DNA of 64,000 nucleotides from a virus: IMG/VR virus record IMGVR_UViG_3300021425_000006; one strand, 5' to 3'. The position numbers and the translations under genes were made by a program. Each line of letters begins with the position of its first letter. Positions within the stretch are counted from its first letter, which is position 1. Shown in pieces: positions 47,916 to 57,894 of this stretch. Below the pieces are notes generated by a model. That model searched no databases, was not told where the DNA came from, and saw only the letters and a list, made by a program, of their open reading frames with translations.

Positions 47916-48902
47916 ATGGCATCACTAGCAGAAATCAGAGCAAAACTGAAAGAACAAGAATCACGTTCAAGTGGTTCACAAAGCGGCGGCGGCGACAACG
48001 CAATTTACCCATTTTGGAATATCAAAGAAGGCGAGAGTGCAACTCTACGTTTCCTTCCTGATGGAGATGAGTCAAACACTTTCTTCTGGAAAGAACGTTT
48101 GATGATTAAACTTCCATTCGCGGGTATTAAAGGTGAGACTGACTCACGTCCAGTACAGGTACAAGTACCATGTATGGAAATGTACGGCGAAAGCTGTCCA
48201 GTACTAACTGAGGTACGTCCTTGGTTTAAAGACGCAAGTTTAGAAGACATGGGTCGTAAGTATTGGAAGAAGCGTTCATACGTATTCCAAGGATTTGTAA
48301 CAGACAATCCACTGGCAGACGATAGTACTCCAGAAAACCCTATTAGACGTTTTATTATTGGACCACAGATTTTCCAAATTATTAAAGCGGCACTAATGGA
48401 CCCCGATATGGAAGAATTACCAACAGATTATACTGCTGGTGTAGACTTCCGTCTTAATAAAACATCTAAAGGTGGATACGCAGACTACAGCACAAGTAAT
48501 TGGGCACGTAGAGATCGTCCATTGACAGATGTTGAAATGAATGCCATCAATACGCATGGTCTGTTTAACTTTTCAGACTTCCTTCCTAAAAAGCCAGATG
48601 AAGTGGCTGTTAAGGTAATTAAAGAAATGTTTGAAGCATCAGTAGATGGTGAAGCATATGATCCTGATCGTTGGAGCAACTACTTCCGCCCAAGCGGAAT
48701 GGCTGCACGTACAGGTGATCCTACAAAGGCGGCTTCTCCAGAAGCAACAGCAACTAGTCAAAGTGCTCCGGCAGAAACAACTGCTCCAGTAGCAGAAGCA
48801 ACTCCAGAGCCAGCACCAGCAACAGCACCAGCGGCTGCAGCAGGTGGCGGTGACGCAAGTGATATACTTGCAATGATCCGTAATAGACAAAACAACGGCT
48901 AG
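47916..48902 (+). CDS. Single-stranded DNA-binding protein (T4 gp32-like)
   Basis: LRFLP, CPV, YWKKRSY, DF.L.K..KGGYADY..S; AGGAGG SD. Confidence 0.88.
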   Translation: MASLAEIRAKLKEQESRSSGSQSGGGDNAIYPFWNIKEGESATLRFLPDGDESNTFFWKERLMIKLPFAGIKGETDSRPVQVQVPCMEMYGESCPVLTEVRPWFKDASLEDMGRKYWKKRSYVFQGFVTDNPLADDSTPENPIRRFIIGPQIFQIIKAALMDPDMEELPTDYTAGVDFRLNKTSKGGYADYSTSNWARRDRPLTDVEMNAINTHGLFNFSDFLPKKPDEVAVKVIKEMFEASVDGEAYDPDRWSNYFRPSGMAARTGDPTKAASPEATATSQSAPAETTAPVAEATPEPAPATAPAAAAGGGDASDILAMIRNRQNNG

Positions 48903-48908
48903 CAAACA

Positions 48909-48980
48909 TGCTTCTATTAGCAAACTCGAGAACAGAGATTCACGGTTTACCTGTCAACGTTCCAAACGCTAATAGAAGCA
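48909..48980 (+). other. Intergenic stem-loop element
   Basis: TGCTTCTATTAGC / GCTAATAGAAGCA perfect 13-bp inverted repeat enclosing 46 nt. Confidence 0.7.
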
Positions 48981-49001
48981 AACTTTAATATAGGAGATAC
49001 A

Positions 49002-50081
49002 ATGGCTAAATCATTTGACGTAAGTAAATTTAGAAAAGACTTAACTAAGTCTATTCAAGGTATGAGTAGTGGCTTTAACGATCCAACAGATTGGGTAAGC
49101 ACTGGCTCATATGCACTAAACTATCTTATTAGTGGCGACTTTAATAAAGGTGTTCCGCTAGGTAAGGTTACAGTGTTTGCAGGAGAGTCTGGCGCAGGTA
49201 AAAGTTATTTTGCGGCAGGTAATATTGTAAGACACGCACAAGAACAAGGCATTTATGTAGTTTTAATTGACTCAGAAAATGCACTTGACCAAGCATGGTT
49301 AGAAGCACTAGGTGTTGATTGTGATGAGTCGAAATTACTTAAATTAAGTATGAGTATGATCGACGATGTTGCAAAAACTATTTCAACATTTATGACAGAC
49401 TATAAAGCAATGGATGTGGAAGATCGTCCTAAAGTATTGTTTGTAATTGACTCACTAGGTATGCTACTAACACCAACAGATGTTGATCAGTTTAACAAGG
49501 GTGACATGAAAGGTGATATGGGTCGTAAGCCTAAAGCACTAACAGCACTTGTTAGAAATACTGTTAACATGATCGGCGCACATAACGTAGGTTTAGTTTG
49601 TACTAATCACACTTATGCATCGCAGGATATGTTTGATCCAGATGATAAAATAAGTGGCGGACAGGGCTTTATATACGCTTCTAGTATTGTTGTAGCAATG
49701 AAGAAGTTAAAGCTCAAAGAAGATGCAGACGGTAATAAGATCAGTCAAGTTATGGGTATCCGTGCTGGCTGTAAAGTAATGAAAACACGTTATGCAAAAC
49801 CGTTCGAAGGCGTACAAGTTAAGATTCCATACGAAACAGGTATGAATCCTTATAGTGGCGTTGTTGAACTTTTTGAAGCAAAGGGTGTTATCGAAAAGCA
49901 AGGTAACAGATTAAAATATGTTACTATGGATGGAGAAGAGATTCTCGAATATCGTAAAAATTGGAATGGCGAGTTATTAGACAAAGTTATGTCTGATTAC
50001 ATCACTCAAGAAGCTTCTGTGGTAAATACCTCGAAAGAGGAAGATTTAGATCTACCAGAAGAAGTATTAACTGAGGAGTAA
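49002..50081 (+). CDS. uvsX: RecA-like recombinase UvsX
   Basis: GESGAGKS Walker A, IDSENA, VIDSLG, NHTY, SGG. Confidence 0.92.
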   Translation: MAKSFDVSKFRKDLTKSIQGMSSGFNDPTDWVSTGSYALNYLISGDFNKGVPLGKVTVFAGESGAGKSYFAAGNIVRHAQEQGIYVVLIDSENALDQAWLEALGVDCDESKLLKLSMSMIDDVAKTISTFMTDYKAMDVEDRPKVLFVIDSLGMLLTPTDVDQFNKGDMKGDMGRKPKALTALVRNTVNMIGAHNVGLVCTNHTYASQDMFDPDDKISGGQGFIYASSIVVAMKKLKLKEDADGNKISQVMGIRAGCKVMKTRYAKPFEGVQVKIPYETGMNPYSGVVELFEAKGVIEKQGNRLKYVTMDGEEILEYRKNWNGELLDKVMSDYITQEASVVNTSKEEDLDLPEEVLTEE

Positions 50082-50083
50082 AT

Positions 50084-50329
50084 ATGAGCCACGGATTTGA
50101 TGACGAAGCAGTAATTGCAGAAGTTTGGACAGTGTTCAAAGAGTACCTTGACAAGAAAAGTGTTGATCAAGCAGCAGAAAGGTATGTTGATTTATTAGCA
50201 GACTATGGTGTTGGTGACGATACTTTAGCTCAAGCAATGGGTACAGATTCTGAACTAGACACAGCAATTAACTACTATCTTGATATAGAAGAGTCAGACA
50301 TCCTAGACGAAGAAGAAGACTGGGGTTAG
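50084..50329 (+). CDS. Small acidic hypothetical protein
   Basis: GAGGAG SD; D/E-rich. Confidence 0.7.
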   Translation: MSHGFDDEAVIAEVWTVFKEYLDKKSVDQAAERYVDLLADYGVGDDTLAQAMGTDSELDTAINYYLDIEESDILDEEEDWG

Positions 50330-50330
50330 T

Positions 50331-50786
50331 ATGGGTTGGTATAGCGAAGTATCAAGAGACATTAACAAGATTCCTGACGCTGTAGCGTTTTTTGAAAAAG
50401 AATTAAACGAGGCCAAAACTGAAGTTAAGTTATATGGCAACGTTGAAAAAGCAGCATCAGAAATGCCAGGTATTGTTGAACATCGTTTTAACCAACTTCA
50501 AGAAATTGAAGCCATACTAAACTATCTTAATATTGAACTACGCAGATTGCGTAGTTCTTTTTTCAAAAAATATCTTGAAAATTATCAACGAGCTCTGTCT
50601 AGCCGCGATGTAGAAAAGTACGTCGACGGCGAGGCAGATGTTGTTGACTACGAAAAAATTATTAATGAGTTTGCACTTATGCGTAACAAGTGGTTAGGTT
50701 TACTCAAAGGACTTGATCAAAAACAATGGCAAATTACTAATGTTGTTAAACTACGTGTAGCAGGCATGGAAGACGCAAGCCTTTAA
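50331..50786 (+). CDS. uvsY: Recombination mediator UvsY-like
   Basis: Helical; KYVDGEADV...KGLDQKQWQITN.VKLR; next to uvsX. Confidence 0.75.
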   Translation: MGWYSEVSRDINKIPDAVAFFEKELNEAKTEVKLYGNVEKAASEMPGIVEHRFNQLQEIEAILNYLNIELRRLRSSFFKKYLENYQRALSSRDVEKYVDGEADVVDYEKIINEFALMRNKWLGLLKGLDQKQWQITNVVKLRVAGMEDASL

Positions 50787-50841
50787 TATTCTCTTACATA
50801 ATCCTGGTTGGTAAATATACATAATACACTAGGAGATCTTA

Positions 50842-51495
50842 ATGTTCGACGAATTCCAAAATTGGACTGTTCTAAAAGGTGATAGAACCTTAAAAAGAGC
50901 AATCCAAGCTCAAGGAACCGAAAACGTACTACAATACCAAAAAGAACAACTTGATATAGCATTAAGTTTTTGTGAAAACATGCGCCATGGAATTGACATT
51001 GGTGCAAATTATGGACTTATGTCTTACAACATGTCTCCGTATTTTGAACAAGTATCTTCTTTTGAAATAGTTCCTGAACTGAATCAATGTTTTAAAAAAA
51101 ATATGCAAAAGTTTGATATTCGAAATGTTAATATATATAATTGCGGTTTAGGTGATAGAGAAAAAGAAGTAGCAATAGACTTTGATCCTTTAAGCACGTT
51201 TAGGACCCATGTTGATAAAGACACAAAAGGTTCTATTAAAATAAGAACATTAGACAGTTACAATTTTGGAAATGTAGACTTTATTAAAATGGATGTTGAA
51301 GGATATGAGCCTTTAGTTGTTTATGGCGGAATGAAAACAATTGAAAAATTTAAACCTGTTATACTATACGAACAAAAAGGTCACGCTGAAAGATTTGGTT
51401 ATAGAAAAAATATTGTTATGGAACTGCTTAGGGATCTCAAATATAGAAAACTAGCAAACGTAGGATCTAAAAACGCACTAATAGGTGTTATATAA
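50842..51495 (+). CDS. FkbM-family methyltransferase
   Basis: IDIGANYG, FE, TLDS, FIKMDVEGYE. Confidence 0.88.
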   Translation: MFDEFQNWTVLKGDRTLKRAIQAQGTENVLQYQKEQLDIALSFCENMRHGIDIGANYGLMSYNMSPYFEQVSSFEIVPELNQCFKKNMQKFDIRNVNIYNCGLGDREKEVAIDFDPLSTFRTHVDKDTKGSIKIRTLDSYNFGNVDFIKMDVEGYEPLVVYGGMKTIEKFKPVILYEQKGHAERFGYRKNIVMELLRDLKYRKLANVGSKNALIGVI

Positions 51496-51510
51496 TGAAA
51501 TGGAGATTGA

Positions 51511-52065
51511 ATGGCACATTCTAATGAATATGTTGAAGAACTAAAAATACTACACAATAAAAAAACTTTTGGAGTAACTAAAGGAATACCATTAGTAGTT
51601 AATAAGTTAATTGAAGAAAAAAATATAAAAAGTTTTTTAGACTTTGGTGCTGGCAAAGGCGGCACTAGCGAATACATTAGAAATCAATATCCTAATGTTC
51701 TTTTACACACATTTGATCCTGCAACGTTTCCAAATCCTTTACCTGAAGAAGTTGAATTAATTTATAGTAGTGATGTGCTAGAGCATGTTGAAGAACATTT
51801 AATTGACGAAACATTACAAGACCTATGTAAGCGTTCTACTAGATATCAATATCATTTAATAGCATGTCATCCTGCAAAGAAAACATTAAGCGACGGACGT
51901 AATGCACATCTAATTATTGAAAAACCTAAATGGTGGAAACGTAAGATACAAGCAATACCTGATTGGAAAATTATACACGAAGATATAATGGATCATGTTG
52001 CACAACCAAAAAAAGGTCCACCTATTAATGTTGTAAAATATATTGTAATAATGGAAAAGTTATGA
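51511..52065 (+). CDS. Class I SAM-dependent methyltransferase
   Basis: LDFGAGKG, DP, DVLEHV, LSDGRNAHLI. Confidence 0.85.
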   Translation: MAHSNEYVEELKILHNKKTFGVTKGIPLVVNKLIEEKNIKSFLDFGAGKGGTSEYIRNQYPNVLLHTFDPATFPNPLPEEVELIYSSDVLEHVEEHLIDETLQDLCKRSTRYQYHLIACHPAKKTLSDGRNAHLIIEKPKWWKRKIQAIPDWKIIHEDIMDHVAQPKKGPPINVVKYIVIMEKL

Positions 52066-52682
52066 AGCAAGTATTTGAATACTGGATGCCGTCAACTGAC
52101 GACCATTTTGAAAGACTGATTAAAAAAAGAGTTCGTCGAGGCGGCCCTCCTGAATATCAAGATGATGTAAGAGAAGCAGCTTATCAACATGTTACTGACT
52201 TTAATGTATGTTTAGATATTGGAGCAAACGTTGGTCTTTGGGCTAAACCCTTAACTAGAAAATTTAATAAAGTTATTGCATTTGAACCTTTAGAACAAGT
52301 ATATTCTTGCTTAGAAAAAAACACACAAGGATTAAATGTTGAAATACATAAGTGTGCATTAGGTAATAAAAATTCAACTATTGATATGAAGTATGACAGT
52401 CATAATACTGGTGCTAGTCATGTTATCGAAGGGGAAGGATCTATTAATGTTCGACGTCTAGACGACATTGATTTACCAAAGTTCGGGCTAGTTAAGATTG
52501 ACTGTGAGCGTTATGAACTTGAAATACTTAAAGGTGCAATAGATACCTTGCTAAAATATAAGCCAATTGTAGTTTGTGAGCAACACCCAGATACAAATTA
52601 TTGTGCAGGTAAATTCTTAAAAGACCACGGTGCTGTTGAGCTTACTAATGTAAGAAAGGATTATGTGTTCGGTTGGGAATAA
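52062..52682 (+). CDS. FkbM-family methyltransferase
   Basis: LDIGANVG, AFEP, RLDD, KIDCE. Confidence 0.88.
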   Translation: MKQVFEYWMPSTDDHFERLIKKRVRRGGPPEYQDDVREAAYQHVTDFNVCLDIGANVGLWAKPLTRKFNKVIAFEPLEQVYSCLEKNTQGLNVEIHKCALGNKNSTIDMKYDSHNTGASHVIEGEGSINVRRLDDIDLPKFGLVKIDCERYELEILKGAIDTLLKYKPIVVCEQHPDTNYCAGKFLKDHGAVELTNVRKDYVFGWE

Positions 52683-52727
52683 CACCATAATATAGTTCCT
52701 ACCATTAAGTACGCACTAAATACTAGC

Positions 52728-53501
52728 ATGGAACGCATCGTATTAGTAACTGGCGGCTTTGACCCGCTTCACTCCGGACATATTGCTTATTTTAAAGAAG
52801 CAAAAAAATTAGGAACAAAACTAATTGTAGGAGTTAACTCAGACGAATGGTTAACTCGAAAGAAAGGCAGACCTTTTATGTCTTTCGAAGAACGCATTTC
52901 TATCATCAAAGAACTATCCATTGTTGATAAAGTAATTGGATTTGATGACAGCGACAATACTGCTTGTCATGCAATCTTCCACACGTTGAGTACACACGGT
53001 AGTGGAACTAAAGTAATCTTTGCTAACGGCGGAGATAGAACTAACGATAATATCCCAGAAATGAAAACATACGGCGATATGCCTTATGTAGATTTTGTAT
53101 TTGGTGTCGGTGGCACTGACAAGCAAAATAGTAGTAGCTGGATATTAGACGAATGGAAACAACCTAAAACAGATAGGAATTGGGGGTACTATAGAGTGTT
53201 ACATGAAAATGGAAAAGAAGTAAAAGTAAAAGAATTAACAGTTGATCCAGGACAAAAATTATCTATGCAACGGCATCAACACAGGAGTGAACATTGGTTT
53301 GTTAGTACAGGTACAGCAACCGTTTACACTTTAGATACATCAACTGATGTAGATTTATATGGAACATATAGAACACACGAGAGCTTACATATACCGCAAG
53401 GCATGTGGCATCAGTTAGCAAACGAAACAACAGAACCGTTAACACTAGTTGAAATACAGTATGGTACTGAATGCGTGGAGGAAGACATTGAGCGAAGATA
53501 A
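52728..53501 (+). CDS. Cytidylyltransferase-like (HxGH) domain fused to mannose-6-phosphate-isomerase-type cupin
   Basis: TGGFDPLHSGH, GVNSD, ANGGDR, SSS; RNWGYY...LSMQRHQHRSEHW...EIQYG..CVEEDIER. Confidence 0.85.
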   Translation: MERIVLVTGGFDPLHSGHIAYFKEAKKLGTKLIVGVNSDEWLTRKKGRPFMSFEERISIIKELSIVDKVIGFDDSDNTACHAIFHTLSTHGSGTKVIFANGGDRTNDNIPEMKTYGDMPYVDFVFGVGGTDKQNSSSWILDEWKQPKTDRNWGYYRVLHENGKEVKVKELTVDPGQKLSMQRHQHRSEHWFVSTGTATVYTLDTSTDVDLYGTYRTHESLHIPQGMWHQLANETTEPLTLVEIQYGTECVEEDIERR

Positions 53502-55191
53502 AATAAAAAAACAAAAACCGTTAAAAGTTTATGTAGGCTGGGACTCTAGAGAGCCTATTGCTTTTGAGGTTTGTAAGGCAAGCATACTAAAACATGCAAC
53601 AGTACCAGTTAAAATTGTGCCGTTAAAAAGACATAACCTTGTAAGAGATAATATGTATTGGCGAGAAGAAGATGCACTGGCTAGTACAGAATTTACATTT
53701 ACTAGATTCCTAGTTCCAGACTTAATGGGTCACAGAGGCTGGGCATTGTTTATTGACTGTGACTTTTTATTCTTGACCGACATTAAAGAATTGTTTGATC
53801 AGGTTAATGATAATTATGCTGTTATGTGTGTTCATCACGACTATACTCCTAAAGAAGGAGAAAAGATGGACGGAAAAAAACAACTTAACTATCCACGTAA
53901 AAACTGGTCAAGTGCTGTATTATGGAATTGCGGTCATCCTGATAATAAAGTTGTTGACAAAGAGTTAGTTAACGATCCTACTATAGACGGCAAGTATATG
54001 CATAGATTTAGTTGGCTTACTGATGACAAAATAGGAAAGATTAGTCACGAATGGAATTGGTTAGTTGGTTGGTATAAGCCTGTACGTGACGGACAACCAA
54101 AAGCATTACATTACACTGAAGGTGGTCCTTGGTTTGATCAATATCGTAATTGTCCATTTAGTAAAGAATGGTATGAAGCACAAGCGGCTATGTACGAAGA
54201 TAGAGTTAAAGAACTTACTCAAGAAGTAAAAGACTTAAAAAATAGAACAGTTGAGATAGACGAATTAACATTGCCTAAAGAAACTAAAACATTACTAAAT
54301 GCCTATTTACAAAATCTTATAGACCCAACAGAAGCAATTTACAAATCAAAAGAAACAATTAAACATATAACGGAGAAAAGAATGGGAGTAAAAGTAGCGG
54401 CTATCGCACCCGGCGCAGACGACTTTGATCTTGACAAGAAAGGATTAGAATATGATCCTTATTTGCAAGATTTCATTATAGGGTGTGGTGGTAACATTAG
54501 CGAGTTCAACTTGCAAGAAGGCACTAAAAACACCTTAGTTATAAGAGGTCTAGGCGGTGGAAGTCAGAAAGCATTAAAGTATTGTATAGAAAATAAAGTA
54601 GATTATTATGCAATTGATACAGGTTATTTACAACCGGGATCACGTAAAGACTACCACAGAGTCACAAAAAATAATCTACAAAACTTAGGTCCTATTGTTG
54701 ATCGAGATTTAGATCGACTTGGCAAACTTAATTGGAAATGGCGTAAGCCTAGAAAAAATAATAAGAAGATTTTAATTTGTCCGCCAAGCGAAAAGGTAAT
54801 GAAGTTTTACGGAGAAAACTTAGACGAGTGGTTAAAGAATACTGTTGACACAATTAAAACTTTAACTAATGCACCAATTGAAATTAGAAAGAAACCAGAC
54901 AGACGTATACGTGTTACTACAGATACAATATGGGACGCACTTGATACAGCGTCATGCCTTGTAACGTATAACAGTATTGCAGCAACAGAAGCTGTACTAC
55001 ATAGCATACCTGCTATTGCACTAGCACCAAATGCAGCTTCAGTACTATGTAGTAATAACTTACGTGATGTTGTAAGACCAGAAGTACCTGAAAAAGAAGA
55101 TGTTATAAGGTATGCGGCACATTTATCATACTGTCAATTTACAGCACAAGAATTAAGAACAGGCACTGCCTGGAAGTTACTTAATTCATGA
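53488..55191 (+). CDS. Two-domain glycosyltransferase (GT-A with DCD motif + capsule-synthesis-like GT-B)
   Basis: VGWDSRE, STEFTFTRF, FIDCDF, YPRKNWSS, HYTEGGPW; C-terminal VTYNS.AA.EAV...IPA; probable TTG start after GGAGG. Confidence 0.75.
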   Translation: MSEDKIKKQKPLKVYVGWDSREPIAFEVCKASILKHATVPVKIVPLKRHNLVRDNMYWREEDALASTEFTFTRFLVPDLMGHRGWALFIDCDFLFLTDIKELFDQVNDNYAVMCVHHDYTPKEGEKMDGKKQLNYPRKNWSSAVLWNCGHPDNKVVDKELVNDPTIDGKYMHRFSWLTDDKIGKISHEWNWLVGWYKPVRDGQPKALHYTEGGPWFDQYRNCPFSKEWYEAQAAMYEDRVKELTQEVKDLKNRTVEIDELTLPKETKTLLNAYLQNLIDPTEAIYKSKETIKHITEKRMGVKVAAIAPGADDFDLDKKGLEYDPYLQDFIIGCGGNISEFNLQEGTKNTLVIRGLGGGSQKALKYCIENKVDYYAIDTGYLQPGSRKDYHRVTKNNLQNLGPIVDRDLDRLGKLNWKWRKPRKNNKKILICPPSEKVMKFYGENLDEWLKNTVDTIKTLTNAPIEIRKKPDRRIRVTTDTIWDALDTASCLVTYNSIAATEAVLHSIPAIALAPNAASVLCSNNLRDVVRPEVPEKEDVIRYAAHLSYCQFTAQELRTGTAWKLLNS

Positions 55192-56117
55192 AAGTTGTAA
55201 GTTATTTGAAAACTGTTCCTGCTGGAAACAGAAACCTGCAAAAACCTGAATTGTTAAGACAATTTGTTAACGGTGTTAATGCCGCTGGCGACATTGGTAT
55301 TTTGCATGATCAAAATAACTTAATAGATTGTGACGTTGGTATGATTCAAGGTTGGGTCTATGACAAAACTACTACTGAGCATTTGCGTCTACGTAAAACA
55401 ATTATAAAAACACAAAAACTTACTGGCAAGCATTCTGCTACAGCAGATGCTAATTTATTTTTGTATCACGATAAAACAAACCCACATGGATATTTACGTT
55501 ACAGTTTTAACGGTGTATTTCCTAGTACAGGAGAATATTGTGATAGCGAAATAGATCCTACACGGTGGACACAAATATCTCAAGATACAGGAATAAAATT
55601 AGAACCATATAAATTAACAGGCGGCCATATTGTATTAATGTTACAACGAAATGGCGGCTGGAGTATGGGCGGACTAAATGTAGAAACGTGGGCACTAAAG
55701 ACTATTGCTAATATAAGACGTTATACAGATAGACATATTATTATACGCTCACACCCCGGTGATCGATTTGCAAAGAATTATTTAAAAACTCTACATGCTA
55801 ACTTAAAAGGTCAGCCTTCAATATCAATATCAAAGATTGGTACACCTTACGAACAAGACATGCGTAATGCATGGGCAGTAGTTAATCACAATAGTAGTGC
55901 AGCTGTTGGACCTATTATAAACGGCTATCATTGTTTCTTAACTGACCCGAGAAATAGTCAGTGTTCTGAAGTATCAAACACAGACTTTAAACATATTGAA
56001 AAGCCATTAGAATATGATAGAGAACGTTGGTTACAACGTATTAGTATGATGCATTGGAAATTTAGTGAATTAACAAACGGATCTTGTTGGCGTCATATGA
56101 GACAGTTTATCTCCTAG
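55188..56117 (+). CDS. Capsule-synthesis (KpsS/KpsC-like) GT-B glycosyltransferase
   Basis: LMLQ...IIIRSHP...VVNHNSSAAV..IING. Confidence 0.55.
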   Translation: MKVVSYLKTVPAGNRNLQKPELLRQFVNGVNAAGDIGILHDQNNLIDCDVGMIQGWVYDKTTTEHLRLRKTIIKTQKLTGKHSATADANLFLYHDKTNPHGYLRYSFNGVFPSTGEYCDSEIDPTRWTQISQDTGIKLEPYKLTGGHIVLMLQRNGGWSMGGLNVETWALKTIANIRRYTDRHIIIRSHPGDRFAKNYLKTLHANLKGQPSISISKIGTPYEQDMRNAWAVVNHNSSAAVGPIINGYHCFLTDPRNSQCSEVSNTDFKHIEKPLEYDRERWLQRISMMHWKFSELTNGSCWRHMRQFIS

Positions 56118-56955
56118 TCCAATAGGACTCAGTTCTATTAACCATAATATCTTTAGGTAAACTTTTTCCTGTATTTTTACGATCACCTTTCATGTGATCA
56201 ATCCATTTACCAAGTATAGTATTAATTAACGGATGTCCGCCGCCGCCTGTTTTTGCTTCTCGAAGATACATTTCTGCACTGTAATCAAATGCATTAGGAA
56301 AGTCTGATTTAAATCTATTTAGAATATTACCAAACACAAAACTGTCATGCCATTCTTCTAATAAAAATATACCTTCTTCTGCTTGTTCGTATACACGTTC
56401 AAACTCTTTTAAGAACTCGTGACACACAGGATGATTAAGATTCATTCCATAAAATCCGCACTCTGGCCATGTCTGTGATCCTTTGCCTCGACCAACATAT
56501 GTAATCCATTGATTGTCTGGTAAGCATTCTTTAAACTCATTGTATGACCAATTACTGTGTACAAACGTATCTGCATCCATCCACACACACCAGCCCTTAG
56601 AGCGTTCACAAGCGTCATACACAGCATATGTCTTATTAGCAAAGCGTATAGCGTCCCACTTAAATGCTTTATGGTGATCACGCGGTCTACGTGCTTTAAT
56701 ATCTTGTGGAGGTATGCCGTTTGCTTTAGGCACATCTTTCCAACGCTCTTTAAAAGCATTTAGTTTAGGCAATGCTTCTTTTGCGTCGAGTATCGTAATC
56801 TGTTCTGGATTAGGATTTATAGGGTTACAGTCCTCAGCATATACCAGTAACTTAATTCTACTATCAACTTTTTCTGCAAAACTATCTAAAAATCTTTGTC
56901 CGTATAATGTTAGTCCTGGTTGGTGAAAAGTTGTAACCACAGTTATGTCAGTCAT
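56107..56955 (-). CDS. GT-A glycosyltransferase
   Basis: RFANK.YA, WMDAD DxD motif, ECGF, EWHDS, DHMKG. Confidence 0.7.
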   Translation of the reverse strand: MTDITVVTTFHQPGLTLYGQRFLDSFAEKVDSRIKLLVYAEDCNPINPNPEQITILDAKEALPKLNAFKERWKDVPKANGIPPQDIKARRPRDHHKAFKWDAIRFANKTYAVYDACERSKGWCVWMDADTFVHSNWSYNEFKECLPDNQWITYVGRGKGSQTWPECGFYGMNLNHPVCHEFLKEFERVYEQAEEGIFLLEEWHDSFVFGNILNRFKSDFPNAFDYSAEMYLREAKTGGGGHPLINTILGKWIDHMKGDRKNTGKSLPKDIMVNRTESYWTRR

Positions 56956-56967
56956 TCGTTAATCCTC

Positions 56968-56991
56968 TTAAATACTATATAAGGTATTTAA
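56968..56991. promoter_or_regulatory. Face-to-face pair of late promoters
   Basis: TTAAATAC (+, 56968-75) and GTATTTAA (-, 56984-91) between divergent GT genes. Confidence 0.65.
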
Positions 56992-56993
56992 CA

Positions 56994-57869
56994 ATGATTT
57001 TTTGTCTCTACACTGATTATGGCGCACTAAATAGCAAGCCAATTTTTGAAGCATTTGCCAAAAGTGTAACCGATGCTGGCCATACAGTCATATATAATGA
57101 GCCCTATAGAGTTATGTCGCATTATAAAAACTATGACGTTGCCGTTATATGGAGTGTTCTATGGAACGGACGAATGGCACAAAACAAGACGGTATGGGAA
57201 CAGAATCGTTTATTAGATAGACCGGTTATAGTATTAGAAGTGGGCGGCATAAAAAGAGGCACAACATGGAAGGTCGGATTAAATGGCATTAACAAAGATG
57301 CTTATTTTGGCAATGCTACTCGAGGTAGTAATCGTGCTAAACGCTTTGGTTTAGAACTTAAACCTTGGCGAACTGAAGGCGAATATATTCTTATTTGTGG
57401 GCAACACGACAAGAGTCTGCAATGGGCAGGCATGCCTCCAATGAGCCAATGGGTTCAAAAGACTATTACAGAAATACAACAATATACAAATCGTCCTATA
57501 ATATTTAGGCCTCATCCTAGATGTCCATTGCCTCATATAGAACATGAATTTAAAAATGTATTAAGGCAAGACCCACGTAAACTTACCGGCACATATGACG
57601 ACTTTGATATGAAGTTTGACAACATATGGGCTACAGTAAGTTGGTCTAGTAATCCAGGCATACACAGTATTATAAACGGTGTACCTGCATTTGTAGGACC
57701 ATCAAGTTTAGCATGGAATGTTGCTAATGCATCGTTAGAAGATATCGAAGATCCACATATGGGTGCAAGAGAAGAATGGCTCGAAGAGTATGCACACACC
57801 GAGCATACTATAGATGAAATAGCTCAAGGTATTCCGTTAAATCACTTATTAAACCAATTATCTTCTTGA
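56994..57869 (+). CDS. Capsule-synthesis (KpsS/KpsC-like) GT-B glycosyltransferase
   Basis: LICGQ...IIFRPHP...VSWSSNPGIHSIINGVPAF; paralogous to 55188-56117. Confidence 0.55.
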   Translation: MIFCLYTDYGALNSKPIFEAFAKSVTDAGHTVIYNEPYRVMSHYKNYDVAVIWSVLWNGRMAQNKTVWEQNRLLDRPVIVLEVGGIKRGTTWKVGLNGINKDAYFGNATRGSNRAKRFGLELKPWRTEGEYILICGQHDKSLQWAGMPPMSQWVQKTITEIQQYTNRPIIFRPHPRCPLPHIEHEFKNVLRQDPRKLTGTYDDFDMKFDNIWATVSWSSNPGIHSIINGVPAFVGPSSLAWNVANASLEDIEDPHMGAREEWLEEYAHTEHTIDEIAQGIPLNHLLNQLSS

Positions 57870-57894
57870 CTTTACAAGCATTTTGTTATAAAAT
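57866..57894 (+). promoter_or_regulatory. sigma70-type promoter
   Basis: TTGACT(57866-71)-17 nt-TAAAAT(57889-94). Confidence 0.65.

Noticed and set aside
50842-57869. DNA hypermodification cluster
   Set aside because: No DNA-methylase catalytic motifs, nucleotide hydroxymethylase or base-modification genes seen, and late motifs argue against it; not fully excluded
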